From Toensbergia leucococca (Eukaryota), in NCBI GenBank assembly GCA_022813965.1, contig JALDZS010000053.1, forward strand, positions 1 through 64,000: DNA of 64,000 nt, written 5' to 3'. Made by a program: the position numbers and the translations under genes. A model generated the notes under the pieces. The model did no database searches, had not been told where the DNA came from, and saw only the letters and a program-made list of their open reading frames with translations. Numbering within the stretch: the first letter of the stretch is position 1; each line of letters opens with the position of its first letter. This document shows, piece by piece, positions 60,101 to 64,000 of this stretch.

Positions 60101-60425
60101 AAAGCTTCTGCTGCTGCTGTAATGGTCGCAGAGGTATTAGGCTTCGTTGCCGGACTGAAAGATCCCGGGTTTAGAGGTAGAGGAGGTGGTGCGCGGTCTG
60201 GGTCGGAACTGTCCCACCTAAAACTCACCACTAGTATATCAGTCTTCTAGATCAATGGGTAATCACAGTATTATCGGCAACGCCATGATGAGATAGATTA
60301 GCCCAAGTTGGGAACCACCATCGAACGTACATAGGCACCGAAGCGCGGCCAGAATCAGAGAACGAAGACTGATGTTTGAGCACGAGCTCCCGGTCACGGG
60401 ATCCTTCTCTATCCGCCGAAGACAT
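54103..60425 (-). CDS. Very large (~2,070 aa) conserved helical/coiled-coil protein of unknown function
   Basis: Exon 1 60425-60331 (MSSADREGSRDRELVLKHQSSFSDSGRASVPM) and intron 60330-60218 join to WDSSDPDRAPPPLPLNP. The rest is a long acidic heptad-rich region. Confidence 0.85.
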
Positions 60426-60502
60426 CGTGTGTCAAGTGGCCTCGTGTGCAATGCCGAGGAATGCTGTGTGGAATGCGACTAGGTAACTTGGAAGAGCATA
60501 AT

Positions 60503-60510
60503 TCACGTGA
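60503..60510. promoter_or_regulatory. TCACGTGA E-box (Cbf1/bHLH-type site) in the divergent promoter upstream of RPL27
   Basis: Perfect 8-bp palindrome within the 413-bp gap between divergent ATGs. Function is untested. Confidence 0.35.
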
Positions 60511-60838
60511 GACTTTGCATGCGGTCAATTTCCACACATTCGGCTTGCTCGGGGGAGTTCTTTCGGAGGCGTCACTTTTTCAATTGCCTTGCGACTAGGA
60601 CGTTGATGAGATTGGGAACTGAAGTGCAGTATTCCCTTCATCTGTAAACAAGGATCCCGCAACCTTAAAGATGTAAACATTGGAAGTCGCGCTAGCCAAT
60701 CGAGCCAATGAGGACTGGATGTTTGAATCGCTTAATAGACCAATCGAAGGAGGTAGGCTTTCGCGAATTCCCACAAGAGTTTGACAACCTCCAAAAAGAG
60801 TGATCAACCAACACTACCTGTTCATTGCGGCAACCACC

Positions 60839-61425
60839 ATGAAGTGTATGATCATCGCAGGCTCCATCAATCAATACTACGAACTAATATCAGATGGGTA
60901 GTTCTCAAGGTCGGCCGCGTAGCCATCATCACACGAGGCAGATACGCAGGAAAGAAAGTACGTTTCTCCCATACGACGTCGACAATAGAGATAATCGGCA
61001 CTGACGAGGTATATCTCTTAGGTAGTAATTATTCAACCTCTTGACACCGGCTCCAAATCGCACCCATTTCCTCACGCACTCGTCGCTGGCATCGAGCGTT
61101 ATCCATCCCAGATCACTCGCCGTATGTCAAAAGCTCGTCAAGCCAAGCGCAGCAAGGTTAAGCCCTTCATCAAGACCATCAATTACAATCACCTAATGCC
61201 AACACGGTACACGTTAGAGTTGGAGGGGTTGAAAGGAGTTGTCACAAATGATACGTTCAAGGAGGTGTCACAGAGGGAGGAAGCGAAGAAGACAGTGAAG
61301 AAAACGCTGGAGGAGCGATATTCGAGTGGGAAGAACAGATGGTTCTTCACTCCGTTGCGTGAGTTCTTCGCTCTATTCTATACTTCTTTTCACAGGCCTT
61401 CACTAACATAATACCAGGATTTTGA
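60839..61425 (+). CDS. RPL27: 60S ribosomal protein eL27
   Basis: Introns 60846-60901, 60958-61021 and 61359-61417. Protein [67 protein letters not shown]. Confidence 0.97.
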
Positions 61426-62330
61426 GTGCCCCCTGTATGTCGTTCAATTGATTACTATCTGAGCGCTATTACTAGCTACTGCTAGATTTCAGATAAATTA
61501 GAACCCAGAAGTTGAACTCTCGATGCTTGTCTGTTGAGCTTTGAATGTTCGCTATATTACTGATGTGACGGTAGGACAGCGAATCAACTGTTGGATCCGA
61601 CGACACCATCAGTACGCTTCGGCCATGATTTCCTAATGATAAATTGAAAGTCGACTTGGATCCAAGGACAAATACTTACGTACCACGAAGGCATTATGTG
61701 GATTGCTCCGCTCGAGTAACGAAGCCCATTCTTAGTCTACTCTATGAAGTAATAGCTCCTAGATATTCGCTCCAAATTGTAGTCTGCGTTGCGAATCCTC
61801 AACAAGCTCTTACGTCCATTAGATGGTTCATTTAGTACTGTCACTTTCAAGAGTATGAGAAAGATTGATATGCGTTTTTGGAAAAAGTCCATCGAAAGAT
61901 CATCTGGCCAGTCATGTAGGAAGGGAATAAAATCTCAGCACAGGTACAGGGTTGTCCGACTTGTCCGATAGAAATTCTTACAAGAGAGAATGTGCCAGGC
62001 TCAGAAAATGGCAAGCTGGGTAGGTAGCAGGATAAGAAATAGAAACTCAAGATACTGCAGTAGTCTGTCGGCCTAGAATGATTACAAGGGCTCAGCTTGT
62101 TGTTTTCTTCTGTTCCTAATCATTCACGGCTGTCTGTTTTCTCAGCCCCCTCACTATTAACACCATTCATCCTCTTCCCACAAGACGTTCAAAACACCCC
62201 GGTGTCAACGAGTAACGTCGTCTACATTTAGGGATCACATCAATAATTTCTATCAGCATTCAGTCAGACAGGCTGATTGCAAATTTCAGCCTACTAGAAA
62301 TAAAACGTCAAATTTACAGAAGAACATAAA

Positions 62331-62801
62331 ATGCTGCAGTTTCGAGATGTTTTAGCCGCTTTCCCACATCTTCTTACTCGGATCGATCATTGTCTCTGCC
62401 TATTTTCGGACGAGAACCTCAAATTCTTTAATCGGCGGACGTTGCTTCTTGCAATTCTCCCGCTCTTTGTCGACGCCTTAGATGTTGCCTTCACCCCGAT
62501 TAGACCTGGCAACGAGGAGGATGACTTGGAGCATGTGTCGCCAACAATTTTACATGAGGTCCGGAATTGCATCCACTGCTTGTGGTTGCTCAACAAGGCT
62601 CACAATGCCATCATTGCGGTAGAAGGCATCATTAGTACCCCAACGTTGGCCGGGAAATTGCAGACTGCATTGGACATGTGGTTGGAGGCCAACTTCATCG
62701 GGTTTTTGGAGATGCCAATCTATCTTCTTGTGCACCAAGCAGTAATTGAAGTCATTAATTGGCGCGTTGGGCACAACTTCGCTCCACGGCGATTTCGATA
62801 A
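62331..62801 (+). other. Unassigned 156-aa ORF, coding status doubtful
   Basis: It has an ATG start and reasonable length, but no recognisable motif. Confidence 0.2.
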
Positions 62802-63137
62802 GACATCTGAGCTGATTGGCCTCCCCCTGGATGGTGCAGGCTTTCCCGCTGGTGCCGCAAATACCTTGTTCATTTGTGCGCAAGATCTGCAAGAAACCAG
62901 CCGAATGAAGCAAGCATCGCTTTCCCCTGAATTCTTTCATTGGACAACGGCTGCGAGCTTCGCAATTAAGGTTTAGCTGGATCATACCTACCTTACCTTA
63001 ACCCCAGGTTCTTCCACCTTATCCGTGCCTTCACTTCAGCTTCATCAGCCTGGTCGCAGCAGCCACTCCAACGTCAACGTTTTCCATTCGCCTTCCTTCC
63101 TTCTGGCCATACTTCACTTTCTACTTCGTCGTTCAAC

Positions 63138-64000
63138 ATGTCTTCGTTCAATTTCAGTGACTACTCGGATTCACCTACTATCTTATTAGCACCACAGTCG
63201 CATCCATTCGATACATTACCACAAGCCTCATCTCCGCAATTGCGCGATCAAACTTCAACCAGAACTTGGAATTTCTCCTTTTGGACGCCTCCAGGCTCTA
63301 CTGCTACCATCATGACGAACCCTTCTAAAAAGCGCTCTCGCGACGAAGGTGAGATAATTCAGTCCCAAGTGCTCTCCTAGTGCTCCCCAACTTCACAAAA
63401 ATCACTTGATCTGGCAACAAACTCGCTATCGTTATCACTCTCATAATCTAGTTCCCACTAACCTTTTTTAAGACTCTGTGAAGTCGTCCTATTTTCCTCC
63501 GACACCCCCACCACGAACCAGTCCAGATCCCATCTATGGCGAAGGCATGACAACGATAAACCCCTCCAAGGGTCTTGCAATATCTGCCGAAAGCCAAACT
63601 GGAACTTGGTACGAGACGCGCCTCGAAGCTACAAGTTTAGCCGAGCGTTTGGCTAGCATTGAGGAACCCCAATCATCAACAGGAACATCAAATGGAGCAT
63701 CCCAGATTTATTCTCGAAAGAGTCAGCGCCTTGACAACAGCTCTCGGTCAATTGCGCCAATCTCGAGCCCTCTGACAAATTCCCTCCACACAGGGCCACA
63801 GGATTTAGCTATTGACCAATTTACACATCTGCTTGGGGTCGGGTGGGCAAGTGTCGGGGATGAGCCGGATACGCAAGCTGCTGCCAGAGGCTGCGCAAAG
63901 TACATCGAGAACCACTATCCGTTGGCAAAGTCAGAGATCCTCTCTAAGAGTAAAGGATTAGATGCATGCTTAGTGAAGACGAACCATGGGTTTTTCTTAT
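63138..64000 (+). CDS. Conserved fungal hypothetical protein, truncated by the right edge
   Basis: Intron 63349-63472 gives KKRSRDEDSVK..PDPIYGEGMTTINPSKGLAISAESQTGTWYE..RKSQRLD..IDQFTHLLGVGWASV..QAAARGCAKYIENHYPL. The frame is open to the window end. Confidence 0.8.

Overview
This is eukaryotic DNA from a filamentous ascomycete (Pezizomycotina, inferred from GT-AG introns with CTRAC-type branch sites and from the gene families present). Spliced models were built by hand. Housekeeping genes: UBE2O-type E2 (cut by the left edge), COG8, an EAF-domain protein, mitochondrial SerRS, a TLC-domain protein, stomatin, CAP20/perilipin, RPN6, SOF1, a SWIB-domain SWI/SNF subunit, a ~2,070-aa helical protein and RPL27. 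Accessory genes: a ~1,293-aa GPI-type repeat wall protein, a 110-aa six-Cys secreted protein missing from the ORF track, an ankyrin protein, two MFS transporters, a GH114 hydrolase and a HeLo-like/ankyrin protein. The most notable signals are (i) an in-frame TGA exactly at the second Cys of a CxxC motif in the HeLo-like/ankyrin gene, with the frame staying open for 73 more codons; (ii) a single-base frameshift in an otherwise intact gene; (iii) an MFS gene apparently missing one transmembrane helix; (iv) a hidden CYP52-clan P450 pseudogene; (v) an almost CpG-free hypermutated relic; and (vi) a recurring C-rich to G-rich compositional switch. No tRNA, rRNA, CRISPR or intact transposon was recognised, and I cannot demonstrate a coherent new multi-gene system. 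Family assignments rest on recalled motifs, not database searches.
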